Origin: Bacteroidales bacterium
Lineage (GTDB): Bacteria > Bacteroidota > Bacteroidia > Bacteroidales > UBA7960
DNA length: 64,000 bases
Reading direction: 5' to 3'
Assembly (NCBI GenBank): GCA_007125585.1
Contig: SLCY01000018.1
Location: 356-64,355, forward strand
Each line of letters opens with the position of its first letter. The first letter of the stretch is position 1. The notes beneath the pieces are model-generated. The model did not search any database and had not been told where the DNA came from. It worked only from the letters and a program-made list of their open reading frames with translations. Positions 1-8,145 of this stretch are shown here, piece after piece. A program made the translations under genes and the position numbers.

Positions 1-1
1 T

Positions 2-529
2 GCCCTGGCAAACACCGACGGACTGATAACCAATGTAAAGGACATATGTCTTGGTGTTCAGGTTGCCGACTGCGTGCCTATATTGCTGCATGATCCCGTG
101 CAACAGGTTATCGCTTCCCTTCATGCAGGATGGAAAGGCACCTTGCGAAAGATCGTACACGAGACCATAGCCAAAATGGTAAGCAATTACGGTGTAAGGG
201 CAGAAAATATCTATGCCGGACTGGGACCCTCGAATGGTCCCTGCTGTTATGAGGTAGGGGATGATGTTTACCGGGAGGCAAAAATGGCGCTGGGCTCGGT
301 GAAAGGGATCATCAAACCGGCGGCGGGCAATAACGGCAAGTATATCTTTGACCAGTGGGAGGCCAACATCCGGCAGCTGAAAGATGCGGGGGTCAGGGAA
401 GACCATATTGAACTGGCTGCGATCTGCTCACAGTGCCACCACGAAACATTCTTTTCATCCAGAAAGGACCGGGGCACAACAGGGCGCTTCATGGCGGGCA
501 TCATGCTCAAAAAAATGCGATCCCTGTGA
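2..529 (+). CDS. pgeF: Peptidoglycan editing factor PgeF (YfiH/DUF152 laccase-domain family), 5' end cut by window edge
   Basis: The frame is open from nt 2 (ALANTDGLITNVKDICLGVQVADCVPILLHD...). The listed ORF 74..529 starts at an internal GTG. ADCVP, HAGWKG and the C-terminal CSQCHHETFFSSRKDRGTTGRF block are family hallmarks. Confidence 0.8.
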   Translation, partial: ALANTDGLITNVKDICLGVQVADCVPILLHDPVQQVIASLHAGWKGTLRKIVHETIAKMVSNYGVRAENIYAGLGPSNGPCCYEVGDDVYREAKMALGSVKGIIKPAAGNNGKYIFDQWEANIRQLKDAGVREDHIELAAICSQCHHETFFSSRKDRGTTGRFMAGIMLKKMRSL

Positions 530-631
530 ATGCTTGAACCGGGCCATGACTCTGACCAGTTAAAGAGCGGCTGATGATCATCGCATGGCAGGCACCACAC
601 ATCCGGCAAATAAAAATTATTTATACTGGCA

Positions 632-1903
632 ATGGCAACATACCCACCAATTTCTAAAGATACCATCTTGGGCAATTTTCTTCGGTATGTCTCCATCGAC
701 ACCCAAAGTGACCCTGATTCAGACACTTTTCCCAGCAGTAACAACCAATTGGTTTTGGCCAAACTTCTTGTTCAGGAGTTGAAAAAACTCGGACTGGAAG
801 ATGCCTCCATGGATGACAATGCCTATGTGATGGCCACCTTGCCGTCAAATAGAGGGGGCATAATACCTGTGATGGGGTTGATCGCACACCTGGACACCAG
901 TCCCGACATGAGCGGCGAAAACATCAGGCCGGTAATCCACCGGCAGTTCGACGGCCGTGACCTTGTTCTGCATGAAGAAAAGAATATCTGCATGCCGGTA
1001 AAGGATTTCCCGGAGTTAAAAAAATACGTTGGCCAGACACTGATCACCTCCGACGGCACCACCCTGCTTGGCGCCGATAACAAGGCAGGCATTGCCGAGA
1101 TCATGACCGCATTGCAAATTCTTTCTGACAATCCCGGGATACCCCATGGCACCATCAAAGTGGCTTTTACCCCCGATGAAGAGATAGGCAGGGGCGCCGG
1201 GCATTTTGATGTGAAACGGTTTGGCGCCGATTTCGCCTATACCATCGATGGGGGTGAGCTTGGGGAGTTGCAATACGAGAACTTCAATGCTGCCTTTGCC
1301 AGGGTTACCATACATGGGACGTCCATTCATCCTGGAGAAGCCAAAGACAAAATGGTGAACGCGTGTCTTCTTGGCATGGAGTTGAACCAAATGTTGCCGG
1401 AAAGAGAAAGGCCTGAATATACGAGCAACCGGGAAGGTTTTTTTCACCTTACCGCTTTCCGGGGGACGGTGGATCATGCCGTCATGGAATACCTCATCCG
1501 CGACCACGACAATCAGCGCTTTGATCAGAGGAAGTCGCATCTGCGCCACATCGCCGGCCTGATGAACGAGAGGCATGGACCGGGAAGGGTCCAGCTGGAG
1601 ATGAATGACCAGTACTACAATATGCGCAGCAAAATATATCCTGTGATACACATTGTGGACCTTGCCAAAGAGGCGATGGAGTCGCTTGGCATCCATCCCC
1701 TGATCAAGCCCATACGCGGCGGCACCGATGGTGCCAGGCTCTCATACATGGGCCTTCCCTGTCCCAATATCTTTAGCGGGGGACATAACTATCACGGGCG
1801 CTTCGAATTCATCCCCCTGGAAAGCATGGAGAAAGCCACACACGTGATCCTCAAGATGGTCGGGCTGTTAGCAGAGAAGCAGCAGGGGTGTACAGGAAGA
1901 TAA
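632..1903 (+). CDS. pepT: Peptidase T (tripeptide aminopeptidase, M20B)
   Basis: 423 aa. Carries HLDTSPD, GADNKAGIAEI, FTPDEEIGRGA and RGGTDGARLS, the metal-ligand and catalytic blocks of PepT. Confidence 0.9.
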   Translation: MATYPPISKDTILGNFLRYVSIDTQSDPDSDTFPSSNNQLVLAKLLVQELKKLGLEDASMDDNAYVMATLPSNRGGIIPVMGLIAHLDTSPDMSGENIRPVIHRQFDGRDLVLHEEKNICMPVKDFPELKKYVGQTLITSDGTTLLGADNKAGIAEIMTALQILSDNPGIPHGTIKVAFTPDEEIGRGAGHFDVKRFGADFAYTIDGGELGELQYENFNAAFARVTIHGTSIHPGEAKDKMVNACLLGMELNQMLPERERPEYTSNREGFFHLTAFRGTVDHAVMEYLIRDHDNQRFDQRKSHLRHIAGLMNERHGPGRVQLEMNDQYYNMRSKIYPVIHIVDLAKEAMESLGIHPLIKPIRGGTDGARLSYMGLPCPNIFSGGHNYHGRFEFIPLESMEKATHVILKMVGLLAEKQQGCTGR

Positions 1904-1913
1904 AGGATGATGA

Positions 1914-4625
1914 TTAAATATCCAGGTCCAGGCGGATCTGCCTTTCTTTATTATCGGGTTTGGGATCTTCTGTCTGCCTTTCGTCAACCACTGCCCCTTC
2001 ATCTTCTGAAGGGATGTCCACGTCAGTCTCCTGCAATGGGACCTCTTCCTCGGCCTTTACGGACTCCGGCAATGGAACCTCTTCCTCCGACTGTAAAGGC
2101 TCCAACAGGTGTACCGATTTAACTTCGGTGCTTGCAAGCCTTTTGCCCCTGGCCCTGAAACTCTTGACAGCAATAAAATCAGCCACGCTTATCTCTTCTT
2201 CTGTTTTCTGTCTCCTTTCTGACTCCGGGAAGCAGACCATCAACCGTGGATATTTTTCAGTGGTGACCAGCAACAATTTGTTGGCAGGGTCATCTCCAAT
2301 GAAACCGGTCACTTTTCCGCCGGGTTCAGGTTCAAAACGCTTGACGTAGTGATGGCCCCTGGTGGCGTCAAAATATACCGCAGTGATGATGGTATCCCGG
2401 CGAAGTTTTTCGATCACCCTGGGGTTCTCCTCAAAATGATTGGAAAGGTCGAAGCTCATCACACGATAGTTGCCCGCCCCATAAACAGACAGTATTTTCT
2501 CATCCCCTTTGAAGTCACCGAGGAACTTGCCGCGTTTCTCGGCGTTCAGCCGCAGCACCGTGTCGTCGAACCAGACGCCCATGGCACCCAGGGTGGAAAC
2601 CCCCTCATCTTTCAAGACAACCCGGCGAACAGCATGTTTTGTCAATATATTCCCAGCTGCACCCCTGCCCTTTATGGCCAGTTCGCTGAAATCCATTTCA
2701 AACACCGTCTTTTTCAACCTTGGTTTATGGCGAAGGTAAACCGTCACCACCTCGGCTTCCCCATTGGGATTGGCAGTAAAATACAAAATCTTGCTGCCCC
2801 TGTTGCCCCTGGCCAGATCATACTCTTTATCGCGCGTTACGCCCTTTACGGGGAAGCGTTTCATGTATGCAGCACCGCCCGGGCCGTCACGGTAAATGAC
2901 ATTGTATATCGTGCGCTCATCATTGCGCTCAAACACAGCAATATGAATGATGTTCTTGCCCACAAAAGATTTATCTGTGACCTTGGTAACCAAATAGGTC
3001 CCATCCTCCCTGAAAACGATAATATCATCAAGGTCAGAGCATTCACAGACGAATTCATCCTTTTTCAAGGCGGTGCCGGCAAAACCTTCCGAACGGTTTA
3101 CATATAATTTTTCGTTGGCAACCGCTACCCGGGAGGCATCAATGCTGTCGAAATAACGGATCTCCGTTTTACGCTCCCGGCCTTTGCCAAATTTCCTTTT
3201 GATCGTCCGGTAGTAATCAATGGTATATTGCACAAGGTTTTTCAGATAGAACTTCGCCTTTTCCAGACGCTCCTCCAGGCTGCGCATCTCCTTGAGGGCC
3301 TTGAAGGCGTCGTATTTGGAGATCCGCTTGATCCTGATCTCTGTAAGATGGATGATGTCATCCCTGGTGATCGCCCGGTAGAACTGATCCTTAAAGGGCT
3401 CCAATCCCTTGTCGATGGTGCTGACAACGGACTCCCAGGTTTCACAGTTCTCTATTCTCCGATAGATGCGGTTCTCGATGAATATTTTTTCCAGGCTGGC
3501 ATAAAGCAACTGTTCTTTCAGCTCATCGCGTTCAATTTCAAGCTCTTTTTTCAGCAAGCCAAGGGTGTTGTCGACAGAGATCTTCAGAACCTCATTTACA
3601 TTGACGAATTGTGGCGTCCCGTTTTCTATGACACAACAATTGGGAGAGATGCCCACTTCACAGTCGGTAAAAAGGTATAGTGCATCAATGGCCTGATCAG
3701 GGGATATCCCTTGTGCCAGGTGTATGACTATTTCAACGTGTTCGGCAGTATTGTCCTCTATCTTTTTGATCTTGATCTTTCCTTTGTCGTTGGCCGCCAC
3801 GATGCTGTCCATCAAGCTGACTGTCGTGGTGCCAAAAGGGATCTCGCTGATCACCAGGGTTTTTTTGTCCTGGATATTTATCTTGGCCCTCAATCTGACC
3901 TTGCCGCCGCGCATCCCCCCATTGTATCTGGAAAAGTCAGCCAGCCCCGCTGACTGGAAGTCCGGCAGTATATCGGGTTCTTTGCCTTTCAGGTATTCGA
4001 TGGAGGCATCTATCAGCTCGTTAAAATTGTGTGGCAGTATTTTGGAAGCCAGCCCCACAGCGATCCCTTCCACGCCCTGGGCAAGAAGAAGCGGGAACTT
4101 GACAGGCAGGGATTGCGGCTCTTTGTTGCGTCCGTCATAACTTGTTTTCCAGGTGGTGGTTTTGGGGTTATAAAGGATATCCAGTGCAAATTTCGACGGC
4201 CTGGCCTCAATATACCGTGGCGCAGCGGAGCTGTCGCCGGTGAGGATGTTGCCCCAGTTTCCCTGTGTGTCGATCAGCAGGTCCTTCTGGCCGAGTTGCA
4301 CCAGTGCATCACCGATCGATGCGTCGCCGTGGGGGTGATATTTCATGGTATGGCCGATGATGTTGGCGACCTTGTTGTAACGGCCGTCATCCAGCTCTTT
4401 CATGGCATGCAGTATCCGGCGCTGAACAGGCTTCAACCCGTCGCGCACTTCAGGTACCGCACGCTCCAGGATCACATAGGATGCGTAATCCAGAAACCAG
4501 TCTTTGTACATCCCCGACAAACGGGTAACCTTCATCCTTTCGTCCGGCAGAGGTCCTGATCCCATGCCTGTAAGAGGTTCCGGCGGGCGATCTTGATGAC
4601 CTTCTTTTGTAGGTTCTTCAGCCAT
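1914..4625 (-). CDS. parC: DNA topoisomerase IV subunit A
   Basis: 903 aa. The N-terminus MYKDWFLDYASYVILERAVPEVRDGLKPVQRRILH is the ParC-type variant of the GyrA/ParC signature. The catalytic Tyr context AAPRYIEARP is present. The C-terminus has a beta-pinwheel-like region plus an acidic tail. Confidence 0.85.
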   Translation of the reverse strand: MAEEPTKEGHQDRPPEPLTGMGSGPLPDERMKVTRLSGMYKDWFLDYASYVILERAVPEVRDGLKPVQRRILHAMKELDDGRYNKVANIIGHTMKYHPHGDASIGDALVQLGQKDLLIDTQGNWGNILTGDSSAAPRYIEARPSKFALDILYNPKTTTWKTSYDGRNKEPQSLPVKFPLLLAQGVEGIAVGLASKILPHNFNELIDASIEYLKGKEPDILPDFQSAGLADFSRYNGGMRGGKVRLRAKINIQDKKTLVISEIPFGTTTVSLMDSIVAANDKGKIKIKKIEDNTAEHVEIVIHLAQGISPDQAIDALYLFTDCEVGISPNCCVIENGTPQFVNVNEVLKISVDNTLGLLKKELEIERDELKEQLLYASLEKIFIENRIYRRIENCETWESVVSTIDKGLEPFKDQFYRAITRDDIIHLTEIRIKRISKYDAFKALKEMRSLEERLEKAKFYLKNLVQYTIDYYRTIKRKFGKGRERKTEIRYFDSIDASRVAVANEKLYVNRSEGFAGTALKKDEFVCECSDLDDIIVFREDGTYLVTKVTDKSFVGKNIIHIAVFERNDERTIYNVIYRDGPGGAAYMKRFPVKGVTRDKEYDLARGNRGSKILYFTANPNGEAEVVTVYLRHKPRLKKTVFEMDFSELAIKGRGAAGNILTKHAVRRVVLKDEGVSTLGAMGVWFDDTVLRLNAEKRGKFLGDFKGDEKILSVYGAGNYRVMSFDLSNHFEENPRVIEKLRRDTIITAVYFDATRGHHYVKRFEPEPGGKVTGFIGDDPANKLLLVTTEKYPRLMVCFPESERRQKTEEEISVADFIAVKSFRARGKRLASTEVKSVHLLEPLQSEEEVPLPESVKAEEEVPLQETDVDIPSEDEGAVVDERQTEDPKPDNKERQIRLDLDI

Positions 4626-4668
4626 GAATCAGAAAAATGTTGATAAACCACGTTGATGTGGACCGTTG

Positions 4669-4676
4669 CAAATTTA
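4669..4676 (-). promoter_or_regulatory. Candidate Bacteroidota -7 box (TAAATTTG on minus strand) for parC
   Basis: The plus strand reads CAAATTTA, the reverse complement of TAnnTTTG. It lies 44 nt upstream of the parC ATG. No clear -33 TTTG. Confidence 0.35.
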
Positions 4677-4697
4677 AAAATAAATCCAGACCGTTTT

Positions 4698-6734
4698 TTA
4701 TTTCCAGAAGCGGAGCATAAAAATTTCGGCCAGGAGGAAGGCCAGTGCCATGATAAGGAACAGTCGCCACAGCTGTCTGCCCATCCCCAGCTCATGCAGA
4801 ACCTGATCCAGCGGCTTCCCGCCTGCAGCCACCACATTTATCGTTTTGACCTGCCGGTCGGCCAGCATGTCATCCAGGGCATCCTTACCGTATGCCTCAA
4901 GCAGTGATTCACGACGGTCATAATTCAATGACAGCCCCCCTGTCCTTTCATCCTCGAAATACAGGGCATAGTTCTGCGCTTCTTCTACCTGGTCGTGAAT
5001 GAACAGCTGTACCCGTCCTCCTGTCCTTCGTTGTTCGGGAATCACTTCGAACGCTTCCCGCCTCAAAGAATACACCTTGTCTGCCTGGCCACTGCCCCGT
5101 GTTGTGAACACGGGCTGATCATCTCCGATGACATGATATAACGGCTGCATGAAGCCGCTCTGAAGGGCCATATTGACCATGACGGGCACAAAGACAGAGT
5201 GTCTTTGAAAATTGCTGAAGTCCTCATCCAGGGGCACTGCCGAAAGGAAGACCTTGCCATCGCCTGCGGGATATGACGAAAAGAAGGGCAAGCCATTCTG
5301 CAGCTGCAACAGGTCTTCACCCATAGAGCCAATGGCCCTTGATAAGGCGTAATATTGATTTACCCGCGGCAAGTCGATGTTTTCGGGGATATGTTCAAAT
5401 ACACCGTCAAACAGCACATGCATCTCGTTCAGTGAGCTAACCCGCATCGAAGTGGTGTCACGGCGCACAAAGGGATCCGTGCCAAATACCCTGAGAAAAT
5501 CATTGTATGAGTCAAGGTCAGCATCCCTGCCCGGAAACACAGCAAGGCTCCCGCCCTGTTCGACAAAACGCCTCAATTCCATTGACAGGCCGGCAGATAT
5601 CCTGTCGAACGCATCCATCACAATCAGGTTGAAATCAGGAAGTGCTGAATAGTCAACAGAAAAGGCAGGCATGGTATGATAGTCAAACAGTTCATCCCTG
5701 CCAAAAAGTGCATGAAGGTAGGCATTGCGGCCATCACCCTCAATGGTCAGGACCGGGATCTCCGACGAAACATGATAGGTAAAGTAGAGTCTGTCGTCGA
5801 AAGTAACAGGGTAGTCCGTGATCTCGACATATGCTTGTTGCAGCGGTTTTGTCCCGGCCGGCCATTTCAGCTCCACCACCGCCCCTTCGCCTGCCCCTGC
5901 ATCGTAAGAGACCACTGTGCGTTGTTGTCCTTCCACATATAGGCGCAGAGGCTGATTTTCAAGGGTTTGTGATCCGTCATTTTGGACCCTGACACCCATG
6001 GTAATGGGCTGGCCCTCGAGTATCACGGGCGAATCAAACCATACGGAATCAATGAATACATTATCTGTTTGCCGGGCCTGCAGGGGGATAAGGTATGCCG
6101 GCGGGTCCGGTTCAAAATCCAACCCTTCCAACCCAGAAGTGCTTTTTTGAAAATCACTGATATAATAGGCACGCCGGTTCTCAAAAGGTTCATCCAGAAA
6201 AAGTTCCTGTTTTCTTCTCATCACCTCATCAACAGTTCTCACCCGAGCAGACTGCTCCACCTCCTGGGCCATCACCATAAACTCCTCGCGGCTGACAAAA
6301 CGCTGGTGACGCCCTTCAAAATCATTGGTCAGCAACAAAAAGCGATCTGCCGGACCGTACATCCGGGCAATCTCAAGGGCTCTCGACCTGGCCTCATCCA
6401 ACAGGCGGCCCCTTCCCGACAAAGCATTCATACTGAAGGAGTTGTCAATATATACGCCCACAGCATTGCCCTCCGGGCTGATGGTACCTTCCGCAACAGG
6501 GATGTAAGGCCGGGAAAAAGCCATCACAAGGAAGATGATGGCAAGAATCCGGGCCATGAGCACCAGCAGATGCTTCAATCGTGACTCCTTATCGGACACC
6601 TCACTCAACTGGCGCAGGAAAGTGATGTTCGGGAAAAATACCGTCCGGAACCTCCTGAACCGGAAAAGATGAATGATCACTGGAATACCGACGGCGATCA
6701 AAGCGAACAAAAAGCCAGGATATATAAAATTCAT
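4698..6734 (-). CDS. BatA-N domain / vWA-like membrane protein (conserved hypothetical)
   Basis: 678 aa. N-terminal double-TM motif (FLFALIAVGIPVIIHLFRFRR ... LLVLMARILAIIFLVMAF) typical of BatA-type aerotolerance proteins. DxSxS MIDAS-like motif (IDNSFSM). C-terminal TM anchor (LFLIMALAFLLAEIFML). Confidence 0.7.
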   Translation of the reverse strand: MNFIYPGFLFALIAVGIPVIIHLFRFRRFRTVFFPNITFLRQLSEVSDKESRLKHLLVLMARILAIIFLVMAFSRPYIPVAEGTISPEGNAVGVYIDNSFSMNALSGRGRLLDEARSRALEIARMYGPADRFLLLTNDFEGRHQRFVSREEFMVMAQEVEQSARVRTVDEVMRRKQELFLDEPFENRRAYYISDFQKSTSGLEGLDFEPDPPAYLIPLQARQTDNVFIDSVWFDSPVILEGQPITMGVRVQNDGSQTLENQPLRLYVEGQQRTVVSYDAGAGEGAVVELKWPAGTKPLQQAYVEITDYPVTFDDRLYFTYHVSSEIPVLTIEGDGRNAYLHALFGRDELFDYHTMPAFSVDYSALPDFNLIVMDAFDRISAGLSMELRRFVEQGGSLAVFPGRDADLDSYNDFLRVFGTDPFVRRDTTSMRVSSLNEMHVLFDGVFEHIPENIDLPRVNQYYALSRAIGSMGEDLLQLQNGLPFFSSYPAGDGKVFLSAVPLDEDFSNFQRHSVFVPVMVNMALQSGFMQPLYHVIGDDQPVFTTRGSGQADKVYSLRREAFEVIPEQRRTGGRVQLFIHDQVEEAQNYALYFEDERTGGLSLNYDRRESLLEAYGKDALDDMLADRQVKTINVVAAGGKPLDQVLHELGMGRQLWRLFLIMALAFLLAEIFMLRFWK

Positions 6735-6787
6735 GATAACAGCAACACTAACATTGAATGATTCGTTGTTTTAACTATATAACCATG

Positions 6788-6795
6788 CAAAGTTA
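6788..6795 (-). promoter_or_regulatory. Candidate -7 box (TAACTTTG on minus strand) for the BatA-N gene
   Basis: The plus strand reads CAAAGTTA, 54 nt upstream of the ATG at 6734. Confidence 0.35.
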
Positions 6796-6873
6796 CATTT
6801 ATTTCTCCTGCATTATGAAAAGGGTAACAGTGCGGGCTTCGAAAAAAATCTTTTCCAGCTGGGAAAAAAAGCG

Positions 6874-6881
6874 TAATTTTG
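6874..6881 (+). promoter_or_regulatory. Candidate -7 box (TAATTTTG) for the KAS III gene
   Basis: Exact TAnnTTTG match on the plus strand, about 140 nt upstream of the ATG at 7021. This implies a long leader. Confidence 0.3.
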
Positions 6882-7020
6882 CAGCCTCTTTAAAGGGGTT
6901 ATTGTTTTGGTTTTATTATCATACACAACCAGATGAAGCGGTCTTTCGAAAATAACCACACACGATCATTGGCTTCATTTGGCGTCCTTCATCCGGGCGG
7001 TGTGATCTAATGACAAACTG

Positions 7021-8097
7021 ATGCGCTATTTTAACACAGTAATCACTGGTTCTGGAAGTTATATTCCATCAAACCGTATTGACAACAGCCAGTTCACCCA
7101 ACAGGTTTTTTTTGACAAGGACCATTCACCCATTGAGGGTTCGGGGGATGAAGTGGTGCGCAAGTTTCGTGACATAACGGGCATTGCTGAGCGGCGTTGG
7201 GTATCAGAGGATCAGACTACCTCACAGATCGCCGCCATTGCTGCCGAAAGGGCTATTGATGCTGCAGGCATTGACAAGGAAACCATTGACCAGATCATCG
7301 TTGCCCATAACTTCGGGGATGTGATCAAGGGTACCACCCAGACAGACCTAGTTCCTTCCATTGCTTCCCGGGTGAAGCACTTGTTAAAGATCGGCAACCC
7401 CCATTGCATTCCATACGATATGATCTTTGGCTGTCCTGGTTGGTTGCAGGGGTTGATCCAGGCCGACGCGTTTATCCGGACAGGGTCTGCCCGGCGTTGC
7501 CTGATAATAGGTGCAGAGACCCTCTCACGGGTGGTCGACAAGTACGACAGGGACACCATGATCTTCTCTGACGGTGCCGGCGCCATCGTGTTTGAAGGCA
7601 TCGAGGGCGACGAAAAAAAGGGGCTGCTGTCTCACGCAACGGTCAACCACAGCGGAGAAGAGGCTTTCTATCTTTATTTTGGCGAGTCAAACCACCCGAA
7701 AAGCAAACAGGACATCCGGTACATCAAGATGGACGGACGCAAAGTTTATGAGTACGCCTTGTCACAGGTACCAGAGGCCATGAAGGCGGCCCTGGACAGG
7801 TCGGGGGTGGAAGCCAGAGACATCAAAAAGGTCCTTCTGCACCAGGCCAACGAAAAAATGGATGAGGCCATTGTAAAACGCTTCTTCAGGCTCTTTGGCA
7901 TAAAGCCTGTCATGGCCGACGTTATGCCAATGAACATCAGCTCGTTGGGCAACAGCTCCGTCGCAACCATCCCAACGCTTTACGACATGATCCTGAAACA
8001 ACAGCTTGGCGAACACAGGATAGATAGCGACGATCTGCTGCTTTTTGCCTCCGTTGGCGCGGGCATGAACATCAACGCCATTATTTACAAACAATAA
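7021..8097 (+). CDS. Beta-ketoacyl-ACP synthase III family protein (FabH-like paralogue)
   Basis: 358 aa. Cys-His-Asn triad contexts FGCPGW, LHQANEKM and LGNSSVATIP align to the FabH C112/H244/N274 blocks. Confidence 0.8.
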   Translation: MRYFNTVITGSGSYIPSNRIDNSQFTQQVFFDKDHSPIEGSGDEVVRKFRDITGIAERRWVSEDQTTSQIAAIAAERAIDAAGIDKETIDQIIVAHNFGDVIKGTTQTDLVPSIASRVKHLLKIGNPHCIPYDMIFGCPGWLQGLIQADAFIRTGSARRCLIIGAETLSRVVDKYDRDTMIFSDGAGAIVFEGIEGDEKKGLLSHATVNHSGEEAFYLYFGESNHPKSKQDIRYIKMDGRKVYEYALSQVPEAMKAALDRSGVEARDIKKVLLHQANEKMDEAIVKRFFRLFGIKPVMADVMPMNISSLGNSSVATIPTLYDMILKQQLGEHRIDSDDLLLFASVGAGMNINAIIYKQ

Positions 8098-8145
8098 ATA
8101 AACCGTTTTTCCGAAGATGCGGGGCTGGCAATGCAGGTCAACCCT

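Noticed and set aside
1016-1696. Long antisense or off-frame ORFs inside well-supported genes. Examples: 1016..1696, 2349..3107, 5982..6584, 11275..11892, 11926..12831, 14385..15086, 23349..23885, 27628..28383, 33422..34039, 36832..37503, 50471..51127, 59896..60495, 61823..62392, 62356..62967.
   Set aside because: Each lies entirely within a gene on the other strand or frame whose translation carries clear family motifs. Their own translations are low-complexity (Arg/Pro/Gly/His-rich) with no motifs. They are typical shadow ORFs of mid-GC coding sequence.
1960-2110. A tandem 36-nt (12-aa) duplication in the acidic C-terminal tail of ParC: EEEVPLPESVKA / EEEVPLQETDVD, with DNA 20-mers at about 2033 and 2069.
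   Set aside because: The duplication is real in the sequence. However, acidic low-complexity C-terminal tails are common in GyrA/ParC proteins. I see no reason to expect a novel function.
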